DNA of 64,000 nt from the human T2T-CHM13v2.0 reference genome, Homo sapiens. The position numbers and the translations under genes are program-made. The notes under the pieces are model-generated. The model was not told the DNA's origin. It did not search any database and saw nothing but the letters and a program-made list of their open reading frames with translations. Within the stretch, counting starts at the first letter, position 1. Each line of letters opens with the position of its first letter. This document shows, in pieces, positions 34,629-45,900 of the stretch. The DNA is taken from NCBI RefSeq assembly GCF_009914755.1, contig NC_060929.1. The stretch is one strand, 5' to 3'.

Positions 34629-35540
34629 ACTTGGAAGAGACTTTTGTGGTTCTGTAATTAAATGCTGCCTTGCAGATTACTTAAAAGACAATCACTATTG
34701 ATCACTGAATTTTGCTTGAAAGTGTGTCACCATGGAAAGACATCAATTAATCTTGAGAATGAAAATAGCTATTAAATCTTGAGTTTGCAGATACAATTTT
34801 GGATAAAAGGAGAAGCTTAAGAAAGATCATCTGTAAAATGGAAAAGGTGTGTTATATTACATGCATCAGAGGGAAGCTTAGGGGAAGGTACAGGTAACAG
34901 TACATTGCTTCATTCCCCACAATACCAAACATGAAGCATTCCAGTTCTCCCTTGCTTTGTTTCCCAGAACTCTTTCCTAGCCATGACAGAACACACTGCT
35001 GAATCACCATCAAGAGTTCCTGGATTGAATGTGACATTATTTGGAGACAGCTGTCATATGCCCTAAAGGAATAAGGTAATAGAACATCTGCACAATGGGC
35101 AAAGCTGAGTAATATTTAGATAATGATTTTAAAAAGTGCTTAGTGACTCCTTTGAGGGTGTTTTTTGATATTTTCTGAGTCTTGAGCCTTTGTCCTGGCC
35201 TTGCAGTGGAGTGAAGAAAATGGGCCCAACATAATTGGAGAAAATAGTCATTTATGGACTACTCTGAAAGTCTCTATGATAATTTAAAGAAATAATTGAA
35301 GTGAATAATACAGAGGCTCACTCAAAGACCCACTGACTACCTTAAAAGAGGATTTGAATTATGAAGTACATACCTTAATCAGATACCTAGAACTGCCCAT
35401 GTTGGTTAATGAAAAAAGGGAATCTGTGGGATTCCTGGCTATGTACAGATGTACTAAATAACAACATACTTCCTTCACATACAGTACAACCACAAATGTG
35501 GGATTAAAGTGTACCCAGTGGCAACAGAAAAGTTACTACC
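34629..35540 (+). pseudogene. Ancient ERVL-class pol, RNase H fossil (right part)
   Basis: One frame from 35000: *ITIKSS..W..LKE*GNRTSAQWAKL..LIFSES*AFVLALQW versus ERVL WFTDGS..W..LKDSGEGKSSQWAEL..LYTDSWAVANGLAGW; outer boundaries uncertain. Confidence 0.65.
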
Positions 35541-35652
35541 TGACTTGAACCAACACTTCACCAAAAAATATACACAGATGACAAATAAGCACATCAAACT
35601 ATATTCAACACAATAAACCCCTCAAGGAAATGCAGAGAAAAATCAAGGGGAG

Positions 35653-38008
35653 TGATGTGGTTTGGCTCTGTGTCCTCATCCAAATCTCATCTCAAATTGT
35701 AATCCCCATGTGTCAAGGGAGGGACTTAGTGGGAGGTGATTGGATCATGGGGGTGGTTTCCCCCATGCTATTTCCATAGTGAGGAAGTTCTCATGAGATC
35801 TGATGGTTTAAAAGTGATAGTTTCTCCTGTGCTCTCTCTCTCCTGCCACAATGTAAGACATGCCTTTCTTCCCCTTCACCTTCCACCATGATTGTAGGTT
35901 TCCTGAGGCCTCTTCAGCAATGCATACTGTGAGTCAATTAAACCTTTTTTATTTATAAATTACTCAGTCTCAGGTTATCTTTATATTAGTGTGAAAACAG
36001 ACTAATACAGAGAATTGGGACCAGAGGTGGGGCACTGCTATAAAGATAAACTGAAAATGTAGAAGTAACTTTGGAATTGGGTAACAGGAAGAGGTTGGAA
36101 CAGTTTGGAGGGCTTAGAAGAAGATCAGAAGATTTGGAAAAGTTTGAAACTTCCTAGAGACTTGTTGAATTGCTTTGACCAAAATACTGATAGTTATATG
36201 GACAATGAAGTTCAGGCTGAGGTGATCTCAAATAAAGATGAGAAACTTATTGGAAACTAGAGAAAAGGTTACTCATGCTATGCTTTAGCAAAAAGACTGT
36301 TGGCATTTTACCCCTTTCCTAGAGATCTGGGGAACTTTGACCTTGAGAGAGATAATTTAGGGTATCTAGTAGAAGAAATTTCTAAGTAGCAAAGTATTCA
36401 AGAGGAAACTTGGCTTTTTCTGAAAACATGTGGTTATATGGGTTCACAAAGAGATTTTTCTGAAACTGGATCTTTTCTTTAAAAGGGAAGTAGAGCATAA
36501 AAGTTTGGATAATTTTCAGCCTGACCATGAGGTAGAAAAGAAAAACCAATTTTCTGGGGAGAAATACAGGCCAGCTGCAGAAATTTGCATAAGATGAGGA
36601 GTGGAAATTTAATAGCCAAGACAATGGGAAAAATGTCTCCGGGGCATGTCAGAGATCTTTGTGGCAGCCCCTCTCATCACAGATCTGGAAGCCTAGGAGG
36701 GAAAAATGGCTTCACAGGCCAGGCCTAGGGCTCCCCCTATTCTGTGCAGCCTTGGGACTTGGTGCCCTGCTTCCCAGCTGCTCCAGCTTCAGCCATTGTT
36801 AAAAGGGTGCAAGGTACAGCTTGTGCCATTGCTTCAGAGAGTGCAAGCCCAAAGTCATGGTGGTTTTCACCTAGTGTTGAGCCTGTGGATGCATACAGGT
36901 CAAGAGTTGAGTGTTGTCAGCCTCCACCTAGATTTCAGAGGATGTATGGAAACACTTGGATGTCCAGACAGAAGTCTGCTGCAGGGGCACAGCCCTCATG
37001 GAGAACCTCTACTAGGGTAGCACAGAAGTGACATGTGGTGTTGGAGACCCCCACACAGAGTACTCACTGGGGCACTGCCTAATGGAGCTGTGAGAAGAGG
37101 ACCACTGTTCTTCAGACCCCAGAGTTGTAGATCCCCCAACAGATTGCACAATGCACCTAGAAAAGTCAAAGACAACACCAGCCCATGAAAATAGACATAG
37201 GGGCTGTACCTGGCAGAGCCACAGGGGTGGAGCTGCCCAAGGCCTTGGGAGCCCACCCCTTGCACTAGTGTGCCCTGCATGTGAGACATGGAGTCAAATG
37301 AGATCATTTTGGAGGTTTAAGATTGAATGACTGCCCCACTGGGTTTTGGACTTCCATGGGGTCTGTGGCCCCTTTCTTTTGGCTAATTTCTCTCATTTGG
37401 AATAGGAACATTTACCTAAAGTCTCTATCACTATTGTGTAATGTAAGTAACTAACTTTTTTTTTTTTTTTTTTTTTTTTTACAGGCTGTTAGGCAGAAGA
37501 GGCTTTCCTTTTCTTAGATGAGGCTTTGGACTTGGACCTTTGGTTAATGCTGAAATGAGTTAAGATTTTGAAGGACTGTTGGGAAGGCATGATTGGTTTT
37601 GAAATGTGAAAAGTACATTATGTTTGGGAGAGCCCAGGGGTAGAATGATATGGCTTGGCTCTGTGTCCCCAACCAAATGTCATCTCAAAGTGTAATCTCC
37701 ATGTGTTAAGGCAGGGACCAGGTAGGAGGTGATTGGATTATGAGGGTGGTATCCCCCCTGCTGTTCTTGTGATAGTGTGGGAGTTCTCATGAGATCTGAT
37801 GGTTTAAAAGTTTCTCCTGTGCTTTCTCCTTTTCTCCTGCTGCCATGTGAGATGTGCATTGCTTCCCCTTTGCCTTCAGCCATGATTATAAGTTTCCTGA
37901 GGCTTCTCCAGTCATGTGTAACTGTGAGTCAATAAAATCTCTTTTATATTTATAAATTACTCAGTCTCAGGTAGTATCTTTAGAGCAGTGTCAAAATGAA
38001 CTAATACA
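35653..38008 (+). mobile_element. Complete THE1D-like MaLR provirus: 5' LTR 35653-36009, internal region, 3' LTR 37646-38008
   Basis: Paired LTRs with THE1D-type TGTAATCCCCA..GGGAGGTGATTGGAT; perfect TSD GGGAG at 35648-35652 and 38009-38013. Confidence 0.93.
37730..37740 (-). promoter_or_regulatory. Consensus DUX4 motif TAATCCAATCA in the THE1D 3' LTR
   Basis: Plus strand TGATTGGATTA fits TAAYYYAATCA; DUX4 is known to bind MaLR LTRs; occupancy at this copy is unknown. Confidence 0.55.
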
Positions 38009-38157
38009 GGGAGATATTGCTACACAACTATCAGAAGAACTAAAATACAAAATTCTAACAATTTAATGTGCTGACAAGGATACTGACTAACAGAACTCTC
38101 ATGCATTGTCAGTGGGAATTAAAAATGGTACAGCCACTTGGGAAAACAGATTGGACC

Positions 38158-38276
38158 TTTTGTGTAAAGTTATCATTATGAGTGCAATATGATCCAGCAA
38201 CCCTATATCTTATGGTTAGGGTTAGACATAGAGTTGCTGGATCATATTGTACACATTTTGTTAACTTTACACAAAA
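38158..38276. repeat. Inverted repeat with 53-bp arms (46/53 complementary) and a 13-nt loop
   Basis: 38158-38210 aligns without gaps to the reverse complement of 38224-38276. Confidence 0.95.
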
Positions 38277-41242
38277 ATATACATATTTATATTATAGAAA
38301 CGAAAACATCTGTGTACACAAAAACCTGTACACAAATGTTTATAGCAGCTCTAACCATAATTATCAAAAATCATACATGACACAGACGACACTTGAGGGT
38401 GAGTGGATAAACTGTAGAATATCCATACATAAAATACTAATCAAAAGAGAAAGAAATAAACTAAAGCAACAATTTGGAGCCAGTCTCAAAAGGTTACATA
38501 CCATATCATTCCATTAACGTGGTATGCTGGAAAAGACAAATCTATTGTATCAGTTGCCAGGGAATGAAGTGAGAGTAAGATATGATCAAAAGGGGTAGCA
38601 TGAGGTAGTTTTCTGGGGGAGATACAACTGTTCTGTATCATGATGTTGGTGGTGTTTATACAAATCTGTACTTGGATCAAAACATACAGATCTGTACAAC
38701 AGAAAGTGTCAATATTACTTTATACGTTTGCTTTAAAACAATATACTTTCTGTAGTCTTCTGAGCATTATTGTTCTTATTATTTTATATAAAATATTACA
38801 GAAAATGTTCTAAAGCAAATTATGAGAAAAATCTGAGAAGTCTTTTGCAAGGAGATATTGTCTAAATTCAGAAGGTAAACTAGTGGTCAGCAAGATCGCA
38901 AAATAGAAAGCCTCAGAGCCTCTTCCATCCATGGAGACTCTTAATCAACAACAATATATAGACCAATTTACTTTGTGAGAAATCCACAAACAAATTAAGA
39001 GGCTTCTCTACCCGAGGTATGTTTGAAACAAGTCACATCAAAGGCGGTAGGGAAATTCAGGGGACTCACTCACCAGAGCCCATTCCCTCCTTCATATCAC
39101 AGTATAATTTGTAAGTGGAAAAAAAAAAAAAAACCCTTCTCCCAGCTACACAATGGGGAGAGAAAGAAAAAACTAGACTATATGTCCAACATTCTGACTT
39201 TTCTAGGGGGATACTTGAAAAGGTAGCTTCTACCTTGCTTTCATTTCAGCACTGAGAGGAAAGGATATATGTTTAAGGCCCACTGAGAGTAAAAGCAATG
39301 AGTGGTTTAGATTAGCATTCACTCACTAGCCATAGTCCTTCCCCCCACCTCACTACAGAAGTAGGAGAAGAAAACTCCTAACTCCTGTATTTTTTTTTTT
39401 TCCTGGTGAGAGTAAGAGTTGAAGCATAATTCTAACATTCTGGCTTTTCAAGATAGTTCCCAAGGGACCATTTTCTATCTCACTTGTCTTGGAGTACTAA
39501 GTCCCAGCATACTCTAGATGCCTGAGGGCCACTGAAAACACGAGAGAGGTAAGCAGCTTGCTGCTGCTCCAGAGGACCTGTGTTATAGCAGACAGAGGCT
39601 GACACATCTCAGAAGACTCCTTTTTGAAGGAAAGAAAAAAGAGAAGAATTGAGTATGTGTCCAATATTATAATTTGTTAGGGGGCTGCTTGACGGACTAG
39701 TTTTTGTCTTGTCAAACTTAGAATGTTGATGGAGTCTGGCACACTCCACAAGCCTGGAACTCTCTGAGAGCAAAGGAGAACTGAGCATTTTCCAGCATAT
39801 TCAGAGAATCTGCAGTACTACAGACAGACACACCAGAGAAAGCAAAAAAATTATAAGCTCCTGAGAAAAAGAAACTGGCAAAACCCTCTACTTGGAATTT
39901 ACGAGCACAAGTTGAGAAAAAATACATTCACAGAAAAAATTTGAGAAGCTCTCAGAATCTTGAGCCAGGCTAATAGGTGAAGGTATTTCAGTTTTGAAGT
40001 TAGTTTGTAGCACTGGGAGAAGTGTTTTTTGTTTGTTTGTTTGTCTTTTGTTTTTTTCTTAAATGTGTAGTGTCCAACACAAAACACACAAAGAAATAAG
40101 GAAAAATTACTCAAATAGAGGAAGATAATAAACCTCTAGAAATTGAGCCTGAAGAAACAAGAAGTTTAAAGTTACCACCAAAAGATGCTCAACAGGTTCA
40201 GAAAAACAATACATGAACAAAATTAAAATATCAACAAAGAGACAGAAAATATTAAAAAATAACCAAACAACAATATTGTAACTGAAAACTGTAGTTATAC
40301 TGTTATTACTAAATTTAAAATTAAACTAGAAAAATTCAACAGCATGTTTCAAGAGGCAGAAGAAACAATTACAGATCATTTGAAATTATCTAGTCTAAAC
40401 AACCAAAAGAAGAAACAATGGAAAAGAGTAAAGAAATACTAAAGGACTTATGGAACACCATAAATCAAAATAATTATACACAGTATAGTAATTCCAGAAG
40501 AATAAGAGAGATAAAAATGTGTAGATAGCTTATTTGAAGTAATAATAGCCAAAAACTTTTCGAATCTGGGTAAGGAAATGGGTATCCAGATTGAACAAGG
40601 CTAATGGACAGCTAGTAGTATGTACCAAAAGAAGTCTACATCAAAACACATTACAAGTAAACTGTCAAAAGTAGAAAGCAAAAGGAGAATTTTGAAAGCA
40701 GCAACAGTAACTTTTCATATAAAAGGGATCCCCCATAATATTATCAGTAGATTTGTCTGCAGAAACCTTGAAGGCTAGAGGGGAATGAGTGACATGTTCA
40801 AAGTGCTAGCAGAAAAAAAAATAACTCAAAACTGTCAATTCCAAATTCTTTATCTGACAAAACTGTCTTTCAAAAATGAAGAAGAAATAGAGCCTTTTCC
40901 AGATTAACAAAAGCTGAGAGAGTTCATCATCACTTGTTCTGCCTTACAAGAAATGTGAAAGGGAGTCCTTGAAGTTAAAACTAAAGATGGACTAGACAGC
41001 AAGACAAAATCATACAAAAATAAAGCTCATTGGTAAATATAAATATATGGACAAATACTGAATACTGTAATACTGTAACAGTGGTGCATTAATCACTTTT
41101 AATTCTAGTATAAAAGTTAAATTATTTAAAATAACCATAACTATAAAACATTAATAAATATATTTTTATAAAGATATGACTTATGACATCAAAAACATTA
41201 AGTATGTGAGAAAGAGAAGCAACACAGTAGAGGTTTTGAATG

Positions 41243-41831
41243 TGTCATGGTTAATAGTGTTAACTTGACTGGATTGAAGGATGCAAAGTATTGTTTCTGG
41301 ATGAGTCTGTGAGGGTGTTAGTCTCCTCTGCCAGAGGAGATTAACATTTGAGTCAGCGGACTGGGAGAGGAAGACCCACCCTCAATGTGGGAAGGGGACA
41401 CCATCCAGTCAGCTGACAGCATGGCCAGAAAAAGCAGGTGGTAGAAGGTGGAATAAGCTGGCTTGCTGAGTCTTCGGGCTTTCAACTTTTCAGCAGTGCT
41501 GGATACTTCCTGCTATTTAACATCAGACTCCAGGTTCTTCGGTCTTTGAACTCTGGGACTTAAACCAGTGGTTTGCCGCGGGTGGGGGCGGGGCGGGTCT
41601 CGGGCCTTTAGCCACAGACTGAGGGCTACACTGTCGCGTTCCCTACTTTTGAGGCTTTGGGATTTCAGCTGAGCCTCTACTGGCTTCCTTGCTCCTTAGC
41701 TTTCAGATGGCCTATCATGGAACTTCACCTTGTGATTATGTGAGTCAATTCTCCTTAATAAAGTCCCCTTCGTATATATTAATACATATATCCTATTAGT
41801 TCTGTTCCTCTGGAGGACTCTGACTAATACA
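41243..41831 (+). mobile_element. Solo ERVL LTR (MLT2A2/MLT2B-like) inside the L1 inter-ORF region
   Basis: TGTCATGGTTAAT..aacttgactggattgaaggatgcaaagtattg..tcctattagttctgt..GACTAATACA; TSD GAATG/GTATG (4 of 5). Confidence 0.9.
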
Positions 41832-42415
41832 GTATGTGACTGAAGTTCAGTTGTTATCAGCATCAAATAGTTTGTTATATTATCATAAATTATGTTTTAT
41901 GAAAACTTCTTGATAACCAGAAAGAAAATTCCTATAGAAGATACACAAAAGAATATGAAAAAAGAATCAAAGCATACCGTCACAAAATATCAATTAAACA
42001 CCAATGAAGCTAGTGAGAGAGGAAAAGAAAGGGAAAAAAAATCCCTACAAGGTAGACAGGAAATGGTGATCAAAATGACAATAATAACACCTTTTTTTTT
42101 AACAATAATTACTTCAAATGTAAATAGATTGACTTCTCAAACAAAAGACATAGAGTGGCTAAATGAATAAAAAGAAATAAGACCTAACTGTGTGAGATAC
42201 ATGAGATTCACGTAAGATTTAAGGACATACAGAGCCTGAAAGTGATAGGAGGGAAAATAATACTTCATGCAAATAGTAAACAAACAGAGCAGGTGTGGCT
42301 GTACTTACATGAGGCAAAATAGACATTAAGTCAGAACTGCCATGAGAGACAATGGAAGGATGAAAGGTATTATAACAAAAATATCAATTCACAAAAAAGG
42401 CATAACAATGATTAC

Positions 42416-42443
42416 GTGTGTGAGTGTGTGTGTGTGTGTGTGT
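42416..42443. repeat. (TG)n microsatellite
   Basis: gtgtgtgagtgtgtgtgtgtgtgtgtgt. Confidence 0.9.
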
Positions 42444-44829
42444 ACCTAGCTTTAATTAAGGTACCCACACGCATAAAGAAAATATTGACAGAACTGAGGG
42501 GAGCAATTGACAGCAACACAAAAATAGGAGATTTCAATGCCTCACTTTCAAAAATAGATATAACATTCAGATAAAGGATTGATAATGTAACAAATGACTT
42601 GAACAACACTGTAGACAAAATGGACCTTAGAGACATATACAGAATATTCTACCAACATAAGCAGACTATACAGTCTTCTCAAACACACTTAGAGCTTTTC
42701 CCAGGATATATCACGTTAGGTCACAAAACCAGTCTTATTGAATTTAATAAGACTTATTGAATCCTATTTGGTATTATTTCAATCACACCAAATATCTTCT
42801 ATCTGACAACAATGGAATGAAAGTAAATCAATAACAGAAGAAAAACAAAAAATCTGCAAATATGTGAAAATTAAACAAGACACTCTTTAACAATCAATGA
42901 GTCAAAGAATAAATCCATTATTTGAATGTTTTCCTTTTCAGAATGGAAATTAGAAAAATCCTGAAAAAAATGAAAAGAAAACTTAACATATCAAAATATA
43001 TGGAATTCAGCAAAGACAGTATTAAGTGGGAACTTTATTACAGTAAATGCCTACATTAAAATAAAAGAAACATTTTAAACAATGTAAATGTATATCTCAA
43101 CTAGAAAAACAGAAACAAACTGTGCAGAAAAACAGTAGAAAAATCAACTAGAGGTTTCTTTTTCTTTCTAAAGATGTACAAAATCGGCAAACCTTGAGGT
43201 AAAAAAGATAAAAGAGAGAAGGTTCAAATAAATAAAATCAGAAATGAAAGAGGAGCCATTATAACTGATGCCACAGAAATATAAAGGGTTGTTAATAGTC
43301 TACCAGAAAGAATTATACACTAACAAACTGAGTAACCCAAAAAATGGATAAATTGTTGGAAATATACAGCCAACCAAAACTGAATTATGAAGAAATATAA
43401 AATCTGAACAAACCTATAGCTGTTTTGGAGATTGAATCAGCAGTCAAATTCCTCTCAGTAAAGAAAAACTCCAGCCAAGATGGCTTCCCTGAAGATTTCT
43501 ACCAAACATTTCAAAAATAATTAATGGAGCCAACATTACTGTGATATCTAAGCAAAATAAAGACACTGTAACGAAAGAAATGTACAGGCTGATATCCCTG
43601 ATAATTATAGTTACAAAAATTCTCAACAAAATACTAGAAAACTGAATTCAATCGAACATTAAAAGAATCATAGACCATGACCAATTAGAATTAATGACTT
43701 AGACACAAAGATGATTGAATATATAAAAATCAATCAAGGTAATATACTACATTAACAGAACAAAGGATAAAAATCAAGTGATCGTCTCAATAGGTGCAGA
43801 AAAATCATTTTACAAATTCAACACCCTTTTTGGATTTAAAAAATGTAAAGCTGGCATAAAAAAAGAATTATTCAACATAGTAAAGGCCATGTAGGAACTG
43901 CCCACACTAATATTACTATAAATGATGAAAAACTGAATATTTTTTTCCAGCATAAAGAGCAAGGTAAGAATACCTCATTCTTGCCAGTTCTATTCAATGT
44001 GGTAGTTGAAGTCCTTGCTAAAGTAATTATACAATAAAAACTTTAAAAAAGACAAATCAGAAAGGAAGAACTAAAAGTATCTCTGTTAGCAGATGCAAAT
44101 GCTAAAGATTCATACATGCACACATACATAAACATACTGTCAGAATTAATAAATGAATTCAATAATATTGCAGAAAACAAAACCAGCATGCAAATATTGG
44201 TTGTATTTCTAGATGCTAACAACGGAAAATCTGAAAAAGATGACTTTCAAATGGGAAACATATATATGAAAAAATGCTCAGATAACCGATTATCAGGAAA
44301 ATGCAAATCAAAACCACAATGAGATAGCACCTCACACCTGTTAGAAGAGCCATCAAACAACAACAAACAAACAAATAACAAATGTTTGCAAAGATATGGA
44401 GAAAGAGAAACCTTTGTGCACTATTGGGGGGGATGTAAAATGGTGCAGCTATTTGGGCATGTTTGGCTAGACCCTTTCATGTAAGTTGTATATTTAATAG
44501 GATAATTACAGGAATATGTTCATCAACAAAACATCTCTCTACGTGAAGGTAATATTCTGCATGAATTGCTTAAATATAGCACTTTAAATCACATTCAGAA
44601 TGCATTCTAATACAGAACAGAAAGAATCTTTATAACACCTTGTTGACAGTCTTGAACTTCCTCAAGAAAATATTGTTTTACAAGCCCAAATGGCCTGTAT
44701 ATTTTGAAATAGGGTAAAGGTTGGTACTGGGTAGTATCCATGATTAAATTAATTCTGGTTTGGTAATGAGATGCTCTGTGTTTTCTCAAAGTATGAAAAA
44801 TCCTTCCCCAAATATCTCTATTTTTTGCT

Positions 44830-45350
44830 TGTGATTTGATTTGTTTTTAATTGAAGTTTAGTTGTACAGATTAAAATGTGTAAATCTTCAGTGAACATTT
44901 GAAAATGTATACACCTATGTAAGTAACACCCAAATAAAACATGCTCATATGTCAATAAAGCTAGCTTCTAACTATATGGTTTTCATTTGCATTTCTCTAA
45001 TGATGAGGATGTTGAGGACTCTAATGTTTGCAGGGCTATTTATATTTACTTTATTTAAATTGTTGATTTATCTCTTTTTCCCTTTTTTCTATGATGTTAC
45101 TGTTTGTGCATCCCATATTTTAGATATTTTTATATTAATGATACTGGTTCTTTGCTACGTTTTTCCTAGTGTTGTATCCTTTGTTTTAGCTTACAGTATT
45201 ATTTTTTTCATGGAGTTTTTCTTTTTGTATGTTGCAAACTTATTTATATTTTCTATTATTGCATGGGGTTCAGTCATAACAATAAATGATTTCCTCACTC
45301 TTGTCTTACAGTGTTTTCTTTTAGATTTTGCATGATTTCCATTTAAATAT
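44830..45350 (-). mobile_element. Degenerate L1ME-like fragments
   Basis: ttttaattgaag..aaaatgtgtaaatcttcagtg; tggttttcatttgcatttctctaatgatg. Confidence 0.55.
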
Positions 45351-45590
45351 TTGATTGATTTTCCTACAAAACATGTTAGCTATTTTGTATACTTATATTA
45401 GGATGTTACATTGAACATATATCTGTCATGAAAACTCAATTCTTACCTCTAGAGCTACAAAAGACTACTATGGCCTTGATTTTTATGATGTAAATGAGCA
45501 TGCATTCCTACTTACAATTAAAGATGACTTTAGAGAACTACATGGGGCATCAGAGATTCTATATAACAAAATCTGTTCAAAACAAACTGT

Positions 45591-45900
45591 TGTCTTAATC
45601 TATTCAGGCTTCTATTACAAAATATAATAAACTAGTTAACTTATAAACAGCAGAAATTTATTTCTCACAATTCTGAAGGCTGAGAAGTCCAAAATCAAGT
45701 TCCCAACAGATTCAGAGTCTTGTAAGGGCTTGCTTCCTGCTTTATGGATGATGCCTTCTCACTGTGTTCCCACACAGAGAAAGAAGGGAATAAGCTCCTT
45801 TGGCCTGTTTTATAAAGCCATTAATCACATTCATAATAAATCTGCCCTCCTGACTCAATCACCTCACAAAAAACCTCATATCCTAATACCATCACCTAAT
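45591..45900 (-). mobile_element. MaLR solo LTR (MLT1A/MSTD-like)
   Basis: tgtcttaatc..ttataaacagcagaaatttatttctcacaattctgaaggctgagaagtccaaaatcaag..taataccatcacct. Confidence 0.8.

Larger units (their letters stand above)
35545..38735 (+). mobile_element. Old L1MC/MD-like 3' portion (35545-35652 and 38014-38735), split by THE1D
   Basis: acacttcaccaaa..acagatgacaaataagcacat before THE1D continues as atattgctacaca..aaatggtacagccacttgggaaaac..cacaaatgtttatagcagc after it. Confidence 0.8.
38884..44455 (+). mobile_element. Old near-full-length L1M (L1MB/L1M4-like): repeated 5'UTR, ORF1 about 40050-41000, long spacer, ORF2 from about 42076; internal deletion near 44245; 3'-truncated
   Basis: caagatcgcaaaatag start; ORF1-like gcagaaaccttgaaggctagagggga; ORF2 MTIITPFFLTIITSNVNRL; colinear ORF2 landmarks to 44455. 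Confidence 0.82.

Noticed and set aside
44949-45335. 128-aa hydrophobic ORF resembling a membrane protein
   Set aside because: T-rich antisense L1 sequence gives Phe/Leu/Ile-rich frames; no splice or conservation evidence
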